DNA of 32,000 bases from Desulfobulbus propionicus DSM 2032 (GTDB taxonomy: Bacteria; Desulfobacterota; Desulfobulbia; Desulfobulbales; Desulfobulbaceae): assembly GCF_000186885.1 (NCBI RefSeq), contig NC_014972.1, positions 1,950,001 through 1,982,000 of the forward strand, given 5' to 3'. Below the pieces are notes generated by a model. That model ran no database searches, was not told the DNA's origin, and worked only from the letters and a program-made list of their open reading frames with translations. The translations under genes were made by a program, and so were the position numbers. Positions within the stretch are counted from its first letter, which is position 1, and each line of letters begins with the position of its first letter. This document shows, in pieces, positions 15,574 to 26,664 of this stretch.

Positions 15574-18500
15574 TCAGAAGGTGACCGCCTCGGCTTTGTG
15601 CAACATGGTTTTCAGTTCTTTTTGCCACTCGGCGCCACCCAACGACTCGGCCAACAGGACAGCCAGATGCCGGGGGAGGATGCCCAAATCGCGGTTGCGG
15701 CCCAGACCGGAAATACAGGACGGACAATTGGTGACGATGGTCCGCGCCTGGGACGTGTCGCCGGCGGCCAGCAGGTTGTCGCGCTTGCGCCTCAGCATGG
15801 CGCCGGTGATGTCGGGCCGCGACAGGGCCATGGTGCCGGCCTCGGAGCAGCAGCCGCCGATGGAGGTCACTTGACCGCCGATCCGCCGCACCATCAGGTG
15901 TCCCTCGCCCTGGAGCGAGTCGTGGCAGGGGGCGTGGTAGAGAAACTGCCGCTCCTTGTCCTGGGTGAACCGTTCCGGCGCCTGTTCGAGCACAAAGGAG
16001 GAGACATCGGCCAGGGAGCAGCCGAGAATTTCCTCGGCTCCCAGCTCATGCAGGGCCTCGCGGCACGTGCCGCAGCTGACGATCAGCCCGTCGAAACTGA
16101 TGTAACCGAGCATCTCCCGGATCTGGCTGAGGATGATGGTGTCGCGCAGGGTGACGTCGCCGTGCATTGTGCTCTTGGCGTTGGCCTTGGCCGGAAAGCC
16201 GCAGCACAGGTGGGGCGGCGGCAGCACCACCCGCACCCCGGTCTTGAGCAGGCTGTAAATCGCGGCCTCGGCGATTTCCGCATACAGCCGCTCCGAGCCG
16301 CAGCCCGGAAAATAGAACACCGTCTTGCCGCAAGCCTCCGGCGGGTTGAGCAGCAGGGCCTCGTTGAGCGAGCACTTGGGCAGGGTGGCGCGCAGGGAGC
16401 GGTTGGTCGGCGGCATCATCGGTGATTTGAGCATGTGCACCAGCCGCCACTTCGTGTTGCGCAGGGCCTCCGGGGCCTGGCGGAACAGCTCGGCCGCGAT
16501 CCGCTGGGCATTGGCGCCCCATTCGACCACGGTCTTGCGGAACAGGAGGTTGTAGACCCGGTTGCGGGTCTTGAGGTAGTGGAGCGACATCCGCGTGGGC
16601 AGGGGTGAATGCTTGTAGCCGCGCTCGCCGAGAATCTGACGCTCCAGGATCGACACTTGGGCGGTGTCGATGTCCACCGGACAAGGCTTGAAGCACTTGC
16701 CGCACAGGGTACAGTGGTCGGCGATCTCTTCCAGGTTCTTCAACTGGTTGAAGCGCGGAAAGTGGGCGCGCTGCATGTCGTAGAGTAGGGCCTCGATCAG
16801 CGAACCAATGGCCAGGTTCTTGTTGCGCGGATGAAAGAACAGTGAACTGCCCGGATAGAATACGCAGCAGTCGGCCTTGCACTTGCCGCAACGGACACAC
16901 TTGGAGATCTTGGTGGCCAGGGTCTCCAGGGAACCGTGCTGGAGGATGCGCGCCTCCAGTTCCAGCAGGTTGAACGAGGGGGTGAACACCTTGTCGATGA
17001 TGGCCGGGTCAACCAGCTTGCCCGGATTCATCACCCCACGGGGATCGATCCGCTGGCGGTACAGGTTCAATTCGTCGATCATCTGCCGGTCGAGGAACTT
17101 CATCTTGGTTATGCCGATGCCGTGCTCGCCGCTGACCACGCCCCCCAGGGCCACGGCCTTGGCCATGACCGCGTCGGCCGTCTCGGCGGCGCGCTGCATC
17201 ATGGCCCGGTCGTTGGAGAAGACCGGGATGTTGACGTGGACGTTGCCGTCGCCGGCATGCATGTGGGTGGCGATGATGATCCGCCGCTTGCGCACTTCTT
17301 CGCGGATCCGCTGGATGTTGGCGCTGATCCGGGGATAGCCGCGAAACAGTTCGAGCAGGTCGTTGGCCAGGGATTTCAGATGGGTTTCACCGCGCACCGC
17401 CTCGACGGCCCGCTCGGCCAGGCCGGCCAGGGCAACGCCGCACAGCTCGGCCGCCTTGGGCATCTTGGCCTCCAGCCAGTCCGGATCCTCGATCGGCTCG
17501 GCTACCTGGAGGTAGGCCAGGATCTCCTGGACCACGCTTTGCTGGTTGTAGACGTCCTCGTCGAGGTTGGTGGCATCGACAAAACGGGCAAACTCGGCCA
17601 GGGCCGGCAGGGGGAGGACGATATCCTCGTTGAGCTTGAAGGCGTTGGTGCGGGCGGCGATGGCCCCCAGCCGTTTGCGGTCGCGCCAGAAACGGCTGGC
17701 CTCGTCGGCGTCGCTGGCGACAAAGATCTCGGTGTTGCCATAGCGGTCCAACAGACGCAGCAACCGCTCCTTGCCGCGCAGAATCTGCGCGGTGGTGTGG
17801 CCGACCATGTCGATCAGCAGCACCGCCTTGGGCGATTCGCTGCGCGCCGCCTTGAACTTGTAGTTGATCGCCCGGATGTACTCCTCGTCGAAATGTTCGA
17901 GCGCCATCAGGGCTTCCTCGCCCTGGTTGACGAACTGCTCGGAGATCTCGACGATCACCCGGCTGGCTTCGTCCATGTCGGCGCCGAAGAATTCGAGGCA
18001 AAAGGTCAGCTTCTTCTCGTAGGCTGGATAGAGGATGAACTCGGCGCTGGTGATGATGCCGTCGGTCCCCTCCTTCTGCACGCCGGGCAGGCCGCCCAGG
18101 GCCTTGTTGGTGATATCCTTCCACAACCCCTTCTTGCGGATCTCGTCGCCGCGCAGTGCTACCCGCCGCACCAGCGCCCCTTGGGCATCGACAACATCGT
18201 AGATCACCTGATCCTCGGGCAGAATCTTGCGCATGGGATGATCGACCCGCTTGACCTGGAGCAGACCGGCGCCGGGCATGGCGATGGTGTAGGCCAGCAG
18301 GTTATCGATGGCCGTGCCCCAGAGCACCGCCGTCTTGCCGCCGGCATTCTCCGAGATGTTGCCGCCGATGGTCGACGCCCAGGCACTGGTCGGATCGGTG
18401 GCAAAGACCAGTCCCTGCCGCTCGGCAAAGGCCATGGCGTCCTGGGTGATGACCCCGGCCTCGAGCCGGAGCACCGCCATTTGCCGCGTTGTCCCGTCAT

Positions 18501-19230
18501 CGCCGCGAAATGCGCGTTCCTCGATCCCATGGATGCGGTTGAGTTTTTCGGTGTTGATCATCACGCAACCCGCGCTCACCGGCACGGCGCCGCCGGTCAG
18601 TCCGGTGCCGCCGCCGCGCGGGATGACGTGCAATCCCAATTCGGCAATGGCCGTCAGCAGGGGCGCGACCTGTTCCTCGCTGGAGGGCCGAACCACGGCC
18701 ACGGGCAGAAAGAGCCGCCAGTCGGTGGCGTCGGTGGCATGGCTGATCAGGGAAAACGGATCGAAGCAGACGTTGTCGCCGCCGATCACCGCCCCGAGCC
18801 GCTTGCGGATCCGGGCTCGGGTGGCCTGGGCGGTGCTAATCTCTTTTTGTAAGGCACGGGCCCGTTCCCGGCAGAGACGAACCAAGTTGACCACCTTGTT
18901 GCTGCGCTCGATATCAACGTTCACCTTTTTGGCCGTGTGTTCGATAATGTCGAGATCCCTTTTCATGGTGGTGAAGAAGGAAAAGCGGCGGCGGGGCGAA
19001 TCGATCAATTCCTGATAGAGGAAAGGGTTGCGGTGGAGGATGAACAGATCACCGATGCAGCGCATCACCAACCGGGCGGAACGGCCGGTGACCCGTTGGC
19101 TGCGCAGTTCCTCCAGATCGTCCCAGACCGTTTGGCCAAACAGGTGGTTGATGATCAGCCGATCGTCGGCCGAGGTAAAATTATAGGGAATCTCGCGATA
19201 ATTGGTGGCTTTCATGGGGTGCCCGTACAT
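15574..19230 (-). CDS. Large fusion oxidoreductase: N-terminal domain of unknown function, FAD-binding GlcD-like dehydrogenase, 2x[4Fe-4S]-type motifs and CCG (GlcF/HdrD-like) domains
   Basis: 1218 aa. FAD-binding region VIPRGGGTGLTGGAVP. Cys motifs CVRCGKCKADCC and CTLCGKCFKPCP. CCG-like FYFPGCGSE, YHAPCHDS, VTNCPSCISGL. The N-terminal ~170 aa (YREIPYNFTSADDRLI...) resembles the DUF3683-type domain, from memory. No convincing SD, so the start (19230 vs 19215) is uncertain. Confidence 0.87.
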   Translation of the reverse strand: MYGHPMKATNYREIPYNFTSADDRLIINHLFGQTVWDDLEELRSQRVTGRSARLVMRCIGDLFILHRNPFLYQELIDSPRRRFSFFTTMKRDLDIIEHTAKKVNVDIERSNKVVNLVRLCRERARALQKEISTAQATRARIRKRLGAVIGGDNVCFDPFSLISHATDATDWRLFLPVAVVRPSSEEQVAPLLTAIAELGLHVIPRGGGTGLTGGAVPVSAGCVMINTEKLNRIHGIEERAFRGDDGTTRQMAVLRLEAGVITQDAMAFAERQGLVFATDPTSAWASTIGGNISENAGGKTAVLWGTAIDNLLAYTIAMPGAGLLQVKRVDHPMRKILPEDQVIYDVVDAQGALVRRVALRGDEIRKKGLWKDITNKALGGLPGVQKEGTDGIITSAEFILYPAYEKKLTFCLEFFGADMDEASRVIVEISEQFVNQGEEALMALEHFDEEYIRAINYKFKAARSESPKAVLLIDMVGHTTAQILRGKERLLRLLDRYGNTEIFVASDADEASRFWRDRKRLGAIAARTNAFKLNEDIVLPLPALAEFARFVDATNLDEDVYNQQSVVQEILAYLQVAEPIEDPDWLEAKMPKAAELCGVALAGLAERAVEAVRGETHLKSLANDLLELFRGYPRISANIQRIREEVRKRRIIIATHMHAGDGNVHVNIPVFSNDRAMMQRAAETADAVMAKAVALGGVVSGEHGIGITKMKFLDRQMIDELNLYRQRIDPRGVMNPGKLVDPAIIDKVFTPSFNLLELEARILQHGSLETLATKISKCVRCGKCKADCCVFYPGSSLFFHPRNKNLAIGSLIEALLYDMQRAHFPRFNQLKNLEEIADHCTLCGKCFKPCPVDIDTAQVSILERQILGERGYKHSPLPTRMSLHYLKTRNRVYNLLFRKTVVEWGANAQRIAAELFRQAPEALRNTKWRLVHMLKSPMMPPTNRSLRATLPKCSLNEALLLNPPEACGKTVFYFPGCGSERLYAEIAEAAIYSLLKTGVRVVLPPPHLCCGFPAKANAKSTMHGDVTLRDTIILSQIREMLGYISFDGLIVSCGTCREALHELGAEEILGCSLADVSSFVLEQAPERFTQDKERQFLYHAPCHDSLQGEGHLMVRRIGGQVTSIGGCCSEAGTMALSRPDITGAMLRRKRDNLLAAGDTSQARTIVTNCPSCISGLGRNRDLGILPRHLAVLLAESLGGAEWQKELKTMLHKAEAVTF

Positions 19231-19257
19231 CTTGACTTGTGAAAAATACCCAACGAC

Positions 19258-19278
19258 GCCGCATCCGGCGGATGCGGC
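19258..19278. repeat. Perfect 10+1+10 palindrome GCCGCATCCG-G-CGGATGCGGC upstream of the oxidoreductase gene
   Basis: The arms are exact reverse complements. It lies 28 nt upstream of ATG 19230. On the minus strand a T-run (TATTTTTC) follows, but only after an 11-nt gap. Confidence 0.6.
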
Positions 19279-19463
19279 CAGCGGAAAGGGAACAACGCTC
19301 TCTGTGGTTCAGGGGAATGATAGACGCTCTTCAGGGAATACGGTCTTCAACGGCTGGAGAAGAGAACAATTCAAAACGATTTCGTACCACAACGGGATAA
19401 GCGTTGCAAATATTTATCGCACAGCCCGCCGCTCTGGCAAGGCGACGGAGCGAGGCGCCAGGT

Positions 19464-21452
19464 TCAGGCCGCCGGTTCCGCGCTTAACCGCGCACCGGGA
19501 AAGAACTTGGCCTGAAAGGCGTCACGGGCCTCGCTGGAGCCGATGACCGCCACCAGATCCTTTTCCTGAAAACGAAACTGCGGCCCGGGATTGGGCTCCA
19601 ACTGATCCTCACGGAGCACACCCACCACCGATACCCCCGTTTTCTTGCGGATCTCGGCCTCGCCGATGGTGCGATCGATCAGGGCGCTGCCTTCGCCAAC
19701 GGTCACCCACTCCAGATCAAACTGCTGCTCGGCCGAGCGAAACTGGGACAGGGTCTGATAGGGCTTGCTCTGGCTCATTCTGCTGGTGAAATATTCCTGG
19801 CGCAAGGCCTCGGTCTGCCGCTGAATCTCGGTGACCGGGATGTGCAGGGCGAGCAGCACCTGACGGGCCATCTCCAGGCCGGCTTCCAATTCGGGATAGA
19901 CCAGGTCGGTGACATTGAGTTCGCTGAAAACCTCGAAGAAATCCGGGTCCGAGATGCGGGCCACCACCTCGATGCGGCCGTTGAGCCGCTGGGCGTGGGC
20001 GACAATGGTCTGCGATTCGACGATGCCGGGGATGGTCACCACCAGCAGGGCCGCCTTGTGCATCGAGGCCGCCTCGAGCACGATTTCATGGCTGGCGTCG
20101 CCGTAGACCACCGCAAATCCGGCATTCTTGGCCTGTTCGATCCGCCGCTGGTCGAGCTCGATGATCACAAAGGGGATGGACAGCCGATGGAGGGTGGTCG
20201 CGATCTGCATTCCCACCCGGCCGCCGCCGGCAATAACCACATGATGGTCGAATCCCTTGTCGGGAAAGTTGAGCGATTCCAATTGCTCCTTCTGGAACCA
20301 CCGTTTTTTCAAGGAATAGAGGCGCGAGGTCTGGGCGGAGATGACCGGGGTGAGAATCATGGTCAGCACCGCGGTGGTCAGCACCAGGTTGTAGAAATCG
20401 GTGTTTACCGATTTGCTGCTCAGGCCGATCCGGGCCAGGACAAAGGAAAATTCGCCGATCTGAAACAGGCCCAACCCCACGGCGATGGGAATAACGTTCC
20501 CGTAGCGAAACATCCAGGAAATGGTGGCAAAGATCAATCCCTTGCCGACGCTGACCAACAGCACCAGCAGGAGGATGGTGGCGAAATGGTCGACCATGAA
20601 GCGGGGATCGAGCAACATGCCCACCGAGGCGAAGAACAGCAGGCCAAACACATCGCGCAGGGGAATGATGTCGCTCAGCGCCTGATGGCCGTAGTCGGAT
20701 TCGTTGAGCACCATGCCGGCGATGAAGGCGCCGAAGGCGAAGGACAGGCCGATCAGGTAGGTGGCGTAGCCGATGCCGAGACCGATGGCGATGATCGCCA
20801 GGAGAAACAACTCACGCGAGCCGATCTTGGCGATGCGCCGCATCAGCCAGGGCAGCAGCTTGGCGCCGAGGACGAACATGCCGAGCAGAAAGAGAGCGGC
20901 CTTGATCGCCGCATGGCCGAGCTGAACCATGCCGGCGGCCGGATCGTTCATCAGCGGCAGGATGATCAGCATGGGCACCACCGCCAGGTCCTGAACAATG
21001 AGCATGCCGATCATCACCTTGCTCGACAAGGTGCCGAGCCAGCCCTGATTCATCAGGGTTTTGAGGATCACCATGGTCGACGACAGGGAAATCAGGGCGC
21101 CGAACCAGACCGAGGTTTTCAAATCCCAGCCCATCAGTTGGCCGATACCGATGCCGAGCGTCACGCTCAGACCGATCTGCAACGGCGTGCCGGCCAGGGC
21201 GATCCATTTGACCGGCTTGAGATCCTTGTGGGAAAATTCCAGCCCCAGGGCGAACAGCAGCAAGCCGACGCCGATTTCGGCCAGCAATTCGATATCGTGG
21301 GCGTCGGAGATGGTCAGGCCGCCGGTATGGGGACCGAGGATGACCCCGGCGAGAATGTAGCCGAGAATCAACGGCTGACGCAGCCGCTGCATCAACAGGC
21401 CGCAAAAAAAGGCGGTGAGCACGAGGAGGATGATGTCGGTGGCAATGCCCAT
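19464..21452 (-). CDS. Kef/YbaL-type monovalent cation:proton antiporter (CPA2) with TrkA-N and TrkA-C (RCK) domains
   Basis: 662 aa. N-terminus [18 protein letters not shown]...[19 protein letters not shown] is typical of CPA2. Rossmann motif [11 protein letters not shown]-terminal RCK_C-like segment ([28 protein letters not shown]). AAGGA lies 6 nt upstream of the ATG. Confidence 0.88.
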   Translation of the reverse strand: MGIATDIILLVLTAFFCGLLMQRLRQPLILGYILAGVILGPHTGGLTISDAHDIELLAEIGVGLLLFALGLEFSHKDLKPVKWIALAGTPLQIGLSVTLGIGIGQLMGWDLKTSVWFGALISLSSTMVILKTLMNQGWLGTLSSKVMIGMLIVQDLAVVPMLIILPLMNDPAAGMVQLGHAAIKAALFLLGMFVLGAKLLPWLMRRIAKIGSRELFLLAIIAIGLGIGYATYLIGLSFAFGAFIAGMVLNESDYGHQALSDIIPLRDVFGLLFFASVGMLLDPRFMVDHFATILLLVLLVSVGKGLIFATISWMFRYGNVIPIAVGLGLFQIGEFSFVLARIGLSSKSVNTDFYNLVLTTAVLTMILTPVISAQTSRLYSLKKRWFQKEQLESLNFPDKGFDHHVVIAGGGRVGMQIATTLHRLSIPFVIIELDQRRIEQAKNAGFAVVYGDASHEIVLEAASMHKAALLVVTIPGIVESQTIVAHAQRLNGRIEVVARISDPDFFEVFSELNVTDLVYPELEAGLEMARQVLLALHIPVTEIQRQTEALRQEYFTSRMSQSKPYQTLSQFRSAEQQFDLEWVTVGEGSALIDRTIGEAEIRKKTGVSVVGVLREDQLEPNPGPQFRFQEKDLVAVIGSSEARDAFQAKFFPGARLSAEPAA

Positions 21453-21499
21453 GGGAAATCCTTGCTCGTTGAGGCCGGCATGGGGCCGTGTTGAAAGAG

Positions 21500-21520
21500 A
21501 AAAAAACTGCCGGAGGGCAA
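21500..21520 (-). terminator. Weak candidate intrinsic terminator after the hybrid kinase gene
   Basis: The minus strand reads TTGCC-CTCC-GGCAG followed by TTTTTTT. The stem is only 5 bp including one G:U pair. It lies 85 nt downstream of the kinase stop. Confidence 0.35.
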
Positions 21521-21604
21521 CTATACCAACGTCAAGAAAAATGGCGAGCGTATTTCACCGACCGATGTCCAAAGATGGCCCGGGCCGTTTTCGTGCCGCC
21601 GCTC

Positions 21605-24600
21605 TCACCCCTGATCCAGCACCTCCCGAACCTTTCGCGTCAACTGACTGGCGGTAAAGGGTTTTTCAAGAAAATGCCCCAGCCTTTCCATCCCCCCGTG
21701 GTGGGCGATGATATCGGCGGTATAGCCCGACATGTACAGCACCCTGACGGCGGGCAGGATATCCCGCACCGTGCGGGCCAGGTCGCGGCCGTTCATTTCC
21801 GGCATGATCAAGTCAGTGAGCAACAGATGAATCGCTCCCTGGTGCCGACGGGCAAGATCCACGGCTTCCGCCGGACTGCGGGTCATCAGGACGGTATAGC
21901 CCCGCTGTTCGAGGATATAGGCGGCCAATTCGAGGATGGCATACTCGTCTTCCACCAGCAGGATGGTTTCCACTCCCCGCTGCCGGATCGCGCCATTGGT
22001 GAGCGGCATCGCATTGGCGCTGAACTCGGCACGCGGCAGATATACATGGAAGACGGTCCCCTGGCCCGGTGCGCTTGCCACGGTGATCGCGCCGTCATTT
22101 TGCTTGACGATGCCATACACCGTCGCCAGGCCAAGACCGGTGCCACAGCCGTTTTCCTTGGTGGTGAAAAACGGTTCGAAAATTCGGCTCTGGGTCTCCT
22201 GGTCCATGCCGCAGCCGTCATCCTTGACGGAGATGAGCACGTAATCACCGGGTGACAGTTCCAGACAGGGCGCGTCATCGGCTGGCACAACCACATTGGC
22301 GGTCTGAATGTGGAGATGTCCGGCGCCGCTGATGGCATCGCGGGCATTGACCGCGAGGTTGGCCAGTACCTGACCGATCTGGGTGGAATCCATTCGTACC
22401 GGCCAGAGTGAGGCCCCGGGCTGCCATTGGAGATCGATATGTTCCCCGATCAGCCGCTGCAGCATTTTCAAGGCCGCCGTAATGGTTTCATTGAGATCCA
22501 GCACCTTGGGGGCGATGACCTGTTTACGGGCAAAGGCGAGCAGCTGGCGGGTGAGATCAGCCGAATGCTGGACCGCCTTGTGCACCTCGAACAATCGACG
22601 GTACAGCGGATGCTGTTCCGTCAAATCGCTCAGGGTCATCTCCACGTAACTGCCGATCACGGTCAACATGTTGTTGAAATCATGCGCCACGCCACCGGCC
22701 AACCGCCCCACCACCTCCATTTTCTGCGATTGGAGCAACTGGGATTCAAGCCGCTTTTGCGCCTCTTCGGTGCGCTTGCGCTCGGTGATGTCCCGACTGA
22801 CCCCACGATAGCCGGCAAATCGCCCTTTCTGGTCGAACACCGGAGTGGCGTTCGATTCAAGGATCACCTCGCGCCCATCCCTGGTGCGACAGGTCAGACA
22901 AAGCTGGCTGCAGGGTTGCAGGGCTGCCATGGTCTCGACAAGCGTCCGGGTGGCCTCGCTGTCGTTGTTGGGGGAAAGCAGGTCAAGCCACGAGAGACCG
23001 ACGCATTCCCGGGGGGAATAACCGAGCATGTCCAGGCAACGGGGGCTGGCATAGCTCAGGCGATGCTCGCGATCGGTCTGCCAAATCAGGTCGCTGATGC
23101 TTTCCAGCAGATCAGCGTATCGTTTGGCGCTTTCGGCACGGGCCTTTTCCATGGCCCTCCGTTTGCTCTGGTCGCGGATGATCATCACCACCCCGGTAAT
23201 CTGCCCCGCCTCGTTGCGGATCGGCGCGCCGCTGTCGACAATCGGCCTGCGGCTGTCATCCCTGGCGATCAGCAGGGTATGATGGCTCATCCGCACAATC
23301 GCTTGCTCACGCAACACCCGGTCAACCGGCGAGGCGACCGGTTCGCCGGTTTCCTCGTCGATCACGCGATAGACCTGTGTCAGCGGCTTACCCAGGGCCT
23401 CCGCCTCGTGCCAGCCGGTCAGTTGCTCGGCCACGGGGTTCATCCGGGTGATCAGGCCGGCGGCATCGGTGGAGATCACGCCTTCGCCGATGCTGTACAG
23501 CGTGGCGCGAATTTCTCCCCGGGTTTGGCGGTGTTCGAACTCCTCGTTGAGCAGGGCATCGGTCAGCGACTTTTGACGGGAAAGGGTGGTGAGCCGGACC
23601 AGAATCCCGGTCATGATGGCCCCCATGACCACCAGCAGCAGGATGCACACGCCCCGGAAGCGCAATTCAGCGCGGGCGTGGAGAGCATCCATTTTGGTGA
23701 CCATGAACCAGCCGGTTTCCGGGATGGCGCTCAGGTCGGCCAGCACCTCGACGCCGCGATAGTCCAGGCCGCGAAACAGGCCTGTTTGCCCCAAGGCCGC
23801 CTGAACGGCGGGTGAGGCGGTATTGCTCAGCGGGACGCGGTAATTGAGGGTTGCCTGGGGTTCATGGAGGAGCTTGCTGAGCAGGAGGACATGGTCGCCT
23901 TGGGCGCGGACCAGCAGTGTTTCGGCATTGCTCTGTTTGATTGGCCATGACTGGATCACCGGATAGAGGCTCTGTCCCGGATCGACGATCAACAGGAGCA
24001 CGGCAAGCACCCGGTTGTTTTTATCCAAGACCGGGGCCGCGATATTCATGTGAATCATGCGGCAGTTGCGGCAATGGTAGAAATCGCCGAACATCGGGAC
24101 CGCGGATGCCGCCACCTGGTATACCAGTGCTTGTTCTTCTTTCTCCAGTTCGGTGACCCTGGGCATCAGGGAGAGGAGAATCCGACCATGGGCATCGGCC
24201 AGAATCATGTTGGCATAGCCCTCATTTTCCTGAAAAAAGGCGAGACGCTCCCTGATCTCTTCAAGCGTTTCAGGCTTGCCGGTCACGGACCACTCCCTGA
24301 CCAGGGTTCTGATCATCCCCGAAGAATTCATGCGTGCGTCCGCCAGCCGTTCCTGGCGCCAGGCAAAAATCTGACTGGCTTTCATGCGGGCGACCGACTG
24401 CAGTTGATTGTAGTGCTCCGTGACCACCACCTGTTCCTGTTGAAAATAGAATCCAGCCCCGCCTGCGATCAGCGCCAGGGCCGTGCCGAGGAACAGGACA
24501 AGCAGTTTCCAATTGCTGAAAGCGCCGCGATGGCTGCCGTCACGGGTGGCGATGGGGGGCGAGGGTGTAGGCATCGGGGAACACGGGAAACAAGGAATGG

Positions 24601-24613
24601 GCAAGGCCCCCAT
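21605..24613 (-). CDS. Hybrid sensor histidine kinase (TM, ~280-aa extracytoplasmic Cache-like region, TM, PAS x2, HisKA, HATPase_c, C-terminal receiver)
   Basis: H-box AHDFNNMLTVI. N-box LAVNARDA, G1 KDDGCGM, G2 GTGLGLATV. Receiver ILLVEDE / LLLTDLIMPEMNG / YMSGY / LEKPF. Two hydrophobic segments bracket a large N-terminal domain. The Cache assignment is by size and pattern only. Confidence 0.88.
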   Translation of the reverse strand: MGALPIPCFPCSPMPTPSPPIATRDGSHRGAFSNWKLLVLFLGTALALIAGGAGFYFQQEQVVVTEHYNQLQSVARMKASQIFAWRQERLADARMNSSGMIRTLVREWSVTGKPETLEEIRERLAFFQENEGYANMILADAHGRILLSLMPRVTELEKEEQALVYQVAASAVPMFGDFYHCRNCRMIHMNIAAPVLDKNNRVLAVLLLIVDPGQSLYPVIQSWPIKQSNAETLLVRAQGDHVLLLSKLLHEPQATLNYRVPLSNTASPAVQAALGQTGLFRGLDYRGVEVLADLSAIPETGWFMVTKMDALHARAELRFRGVCILLLVVMGAIMTGILVRLTTLSRQKSLTDALLNEEFEHRQTRGEIRATLYSIGEGVISTDAAGLITRMNPVAEQLTGWHEAEALGKPLTQVYRVIDEETGEPVASPVDRVLREQAIVRMSHHTLLIARDDSRRPIVDSGAPIRNEAGQITGVVMIIRDQSKRRAMEKARAESAKRYADLLESISDLIWQTDREHRLSYASPRCLDMLGYSPRECVGLSWLDLLSPNNDSEATRTLVETMAALQPCSQLCLTCRTRDGREVILESNATPVFDQKGRFAGYRGVSRDITERKRTEEAQKRLESQLLQSQKMEVVGRLAGGVAHDFNNMLTVIGSYVEMTLSDLTEQHPLYRRLFEVHKAVQHSADLTRQLLAFARKQVIAPKVLDLNETITAALKMLQRLIGEHIDLQWQPGASLWPVRMDSTQIGQVLANLAVNARDAISGAGHLHIQTANVVVPADDAPCLELSPGDYVLISVKDDGCGMDQETQSRIFEPFFTTKENGCGTGLGLATVYGIVKQNDGAITVASAPGQGTVFHVYLPRAEFSANAMPLTNGAIRQRGVETILLVEDEYAILELAAYILEQRGYTVLMTRSPAEAVDLARRHQGAIHLLLTDLIMPEMNGRDLARTVRDILPAVRVLYMSGYTADIIAHHGGMERLGHFLEKPFTASQLTRKVREVLDQG

Positions 24614-24677
24614 CGTCCGCCTTCACGGGGCATGGCCTCGCGGGACGAACGACGGGGGTGGGGGAGAGGGAATCTGT

Positions 24678-26660
24678 TCAGACCTTGAACTTCTTCACCA
24701 GCAGCTCCAGTTGGTCGGCCAGATCGGAGAGGCTCTGGGCGCTGGTTTGCACCTGGGCAGAGCCATCGCCCACCTGGGTCGACTGCTGGCTGATCTCGGT
24801 GACGTCGCGGGTGATGTCGGCCACCACCACCGTGCTTTGGGCCACGTTCTCGTTGACCTCGGCAATCCCTTGGGAGGCTTGGGCGATGTTGTTGGCGATT
24901 TCGTTGGTTGCCGCCGATTGTTCCTCCACGGCGGTGGCGATGGCGTTGATGACGCTGTTGATCTCGACGATGACCTCGGAAATCCGGGCAATATCCTCGA
25001 TGGTGGTGCTGGTGGTCGCCTGCATCTCGCTGATCTGATTCTTGATGTCCACCGTGGCCTCGGCGGTCTGGCGGGCCAGTTCCTTGATTTCGTTGGCCAC
25101 CACCGCGAATCCCTTGCCCGCCTCGCCGGCCCGGGCCGCCTCGATGGTGGCGTTGAGCGCCAGAAGGTTGGTTTGTTCGGAGATCTCGGTGATGGTCTCG
25201 GTGACCCGGCCGATTTTCTTGGCCGATTCGCCCAAATCGCTCATCTTGGTCGAGGTCGCCTGCGACTGCTTGACCGCCGCGTCGGTGATGATCCGCGCTT
25301 TCTCGGCGCTTTCAGCGATTTCGTTGACCGTGGCGGTCATCTCCTCGGTGGAGGAGGCGATCATGTTGACGTTGCTGGTCGACTGCTCCATGGCCGCTGA
25401 AACCGACTGAAAATTGGTGCTCATCTCCTCGGTGGCCGCGGCCACCGAACCTGACTTGTCGGCGGTATCCTTGGCAGCCGAGGACAGCTGTTTGGACACC
25501 GCCGCCAGATCGGTGGAGGACATGGACAGCTGGTTGATACCGGTGATGATTTCCTTGATCATACTGCCCAACTGGCCGACCATGACGTTCAGCGATCGGG
25601 CCATGATACCGATTTCATCGCCCTGGTTGACCTCCAATTTACTGGTGAAGTCCCCGCCCGCCATGGTTTCCGCAAAGGCAGCGGTCTTGCGCACCGGTCC
25701 GGTGATCGCCCGGGTGAGAAAGATGGCAAAAACAGCACCGAGCAGCAAGGCCATCGCCGAGATGAGCAGGGTGGTGCGGATGCCGGTCCTGCTGGTCGAC
25801 TTGAGCGATTCGCCCAACTCCTCCTGATCCTTGATATAGGTGGCGCGGATGTCGCCGACCAAGGTGGCGATCTCTCCCCCTATCTGGGTCAGGGTGCCGT
25901 TGTAGACCGTGTTGCGGCCCATGGCCGCCTTGGCCATCTGGTTGAAACTCTCAATATAGGTCTTGGCATCGGCAATCACATTTTGCGCCTTGGCCCTGCG
26001 CTCGGCATGCGCTCCGGCGGCGATCTGCCCCAAGATCTCCTGCATCTTGCCGTTTTCCGCCACGACCAGTTCCGCATCCTTCTCGGAAACGGTGGCCAGA
26101 AATTTTTGCGCGTACAACCGGGCAAGCAGCATGTGCTGGGTCGCCAGGGCAGCCCTGGTGGTGGTATCGAAATCCTGATCGTTCTTGGCCGAGGCCATGA
26201 TCTCGTTCATGCCGTTTTGCATGGAAGGGCCGAGAAATCGCAGGACTTCATTGATGATCCGGTCGCTTTCCCTGATGTCGGCGATGAGCTGCTCAAAGGC
26301 TGTCTGGTAGGTGTCGGCATCCTTGTCGATGGTAACGATCTTGGCCGCGCGTTCCGGATTCTTGATCCGGCCCTTGGCCTCATCCAGTATCGCCTGCAGT
26401 TTGCCCATGTACTCCTTGTACTCCTGCATGTCGGTGTCGCTGTGGGTGATCATGTAATCCTTCACCTGCATCCGCACCTGCAGCATCAGTTCCTGGAGAT
26501 TAGCCACCATATTGGAGTTGTTGCCTCGCCGGTCGTATTCATTGATACCGTTCGCGGCGGTATTGAGCCCATTCCAGGAAAATGACGAGACAATCAACAG
26601 CAACACCAGGATCAGTCCAAAACCGCCACCAATTTTCACCGATAATTTCATTGTGTTCAT
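24678..26660 (-). CDS. Methyl-accepting chemotaxis protein (TM, ~260-aa all-helical periplasmic sensor of HBM-like size, TM, HAMP, signalling domain)
   Basis: Canonical tip [46 protein letters not shown] region [43 protein letters not shown]. The start ATG lies 4 nt after the stop of the upstream small gene. Confidence 0.9.
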   Translation of the reverse strand: MNTMKLSVKIGGGFGLILVLLLIVSSFSWNGLNTAANGINEYDRRGNNSNMVANLQELMLQVRMQVKDYMITHSDTDMQEYKEYMGKLQAILDEAKGRIKNPERAAKIVTIDKDADTYQTAFEQLIADIRESDRIINEVLRFLGPSMQNGMNEIMASAKNDQDFDTTTRAALATQHMLLARLYAQKFLATVSEKDAELVVAENGKMQEILGQIAAGAHAERRAKAQNVIADAKTYIESFNQMAKAAMGRNTVYNGTLTQIGGEIATLVGDIRATYIKDQEELGESLKSTSRTGIRTTLLISAMALLLGAVFAIFLTRAITGPVRKTAAFAETMAGGDFTSKLEVNQGDEIGIMARSLNVMVGQLGSMIKEIITGINQLSMSSTDLAAVSKQLSSAAKDTADKSGSVAAATEEMSTNFQSVSAAMEQSTSNVNMIASSTEEMTATVNEIAESAEKARIITDAAVKQSQATSTKMSDLGESAKKIGRVTETITEISEQTNLLALNATIEAARAGEAGKGFAVVANEIKELARQTAEATVDIKNQISEMQATTSTTIEDIARISEVIVEINSVINAIATAVEEQSAATNEIANNIAQASQGIAEVNENVAQSTVVVADITRDVTEISQQSTQVGDGSAQVQTSAQSLSDLADQLELLVKKFKV

Positions 26661-26664
26661 GCGC

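Noticed and set aside
15553-15575. Small hairpin GACCGC-TTCCAG-GCGTC followed by TTTTCC, at the stop codon of the oxidoreductase gene, as a possible terminator.
   Set aside because: The stem is only 5 bp with a bulge and overlaps the stop codon. That is too weak to call.
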